From assembly GCA_964016885.1 (NCBI GenBank), contig OZ024763.1:22196001-22260000 (forward strand): a DNA stretch of 64,000 bases, written 5' to 3'. Positions 63,081 to 64,000 of this stretch are shown here, piece after piece. How positions within the stretch are numbered: the first letter of the stretch is position 1; every line of letters begins with the position of its first letter. Under the pieces are notes generated by a model. The model saw only the letters and a list, made by a program, of their open reading frames with translations. It made no database searches and was not told the origin of the DNA. Source of the stretch: Eledone cirrhosa (lineage: Eukaryota). Both the position numbers and the translations under genes were made by a program.

Positions 63081-63204
63081 AACAGGTAACCCTGTCGTAA
63101 ATATGGTTACGGCAGTGGTGGAGAGGACAGGGGGATAGAAATAGCACGTGATATATATATATTTTTAGATCTATTTCTCTTGCTGCCACCCCCGCCTTCC
63201 TTTC

Positions 63205-64000
63205 TGATGGTGGTGATGGTGGTGGTGATGGTGGTGATGGTGGTGATGGGGATGGTGGGGATGATGGTGATGGTGGGGATGATGCTGATGATGGGGGTGA
63301 TGATGGTGGTGGTGGTGGTCGTGGTGGTGATGATGGTGATGATGATGATGGTGATGATGATGATGGTGATGATGATGATGGTGGTGGTGATGATGCTGAT
63401 GATGGTGATGATGGTGATGATGGTGGTGATGATGATGGTGATAGTGGTGATGATGATGGTGGTGATGATGGTGATGATGGTGGTGATGATGATGGTGATA
63501 GTGGTGATGATGATGGTGGTGATGATGATGGTGATAGTGGTGATGATGATGGTGGTGATGATGATGGTGGTGGTGGTGATGATGGTGGTGGTGATGGTGG
63601 TGGTGATGATGGTGGTGGTGGTGGTGATGATGGTGGTGGTGATGGTGATGATGGTGGTGGTGATGATGGTGGTGGTGATGATGGTGGTGGTGGTGGTGAT
63701 GATGGTGGTGGTGATGATGGTGGTGGTGATGATGGTGGTGGTGGTGATGATGGTGGTGGTGATGGTGGTGGTGATGATGGTGGTGGTGGTGGTGATGATG
63801 GTGGTGGTGGTGGTGATGGTGGTGGTGGTGGTGATGATGGTGGTGATGATGGTGGTGGTGGTGGTGATGATGGTGGTGGTGGTGATGATGGTGGTGATGG
63901 TGATGGTGGTGATGGTGGTGATGGTGTTAGTGATGGTGACAGTGCTGATGATGATGGTGGTGGTGGTGGTGGTGGTAACGATGATGGAGGTGATGGTGAT
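63205..64000. repeat. (GGT/GAT)n trinucleotide array
   Basis: Direct reading of the sequence. Confidence 0.96.

Overview
AT-rich eukaryotic genomic DNA made almost entirely of repeats. It is most likely a coleoid cephalopod such as Octopus, inferred from the SINE types, the RTE LINEs with (ATG)n tails and the very long (TA)n tracts. I could not identify a host gene; there is only one candidate micro-exon. Contents: very long (TA)n-type microsatellites; one RTE LINE with an intact 1039-aa ORF (APE, RT and an inserted PHD-like finger) plus several truncated RTEs; a near-complete Penelope-like element (RT plus GIY-YIG); a Tx1/L1 RT fragment; tRNA-derived SINEs whose tail matches a resident RTE; a bipartite non-autonomous RTE derivative in two copies; non-autonomous Helitrons including a head-to-tail dimer; MITEs; and mini- and satellite arrays. 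The main signal is not in the ORF track. About a dozen type-I hammerhead ribozyme (HHR) motifs plus several half-motifs, from at least 7 unrelated sequence families, sit in short non-coding islands in the TA tracts. They are arranged as palindromes, inverted pLTRs or direct-repeat units, and several share a downstream TCGAGYRC motif. They resemble Penelope pLTR or retrozyme-like non-autonomous elements. All RNA folds were read by eye, and activity is untested.
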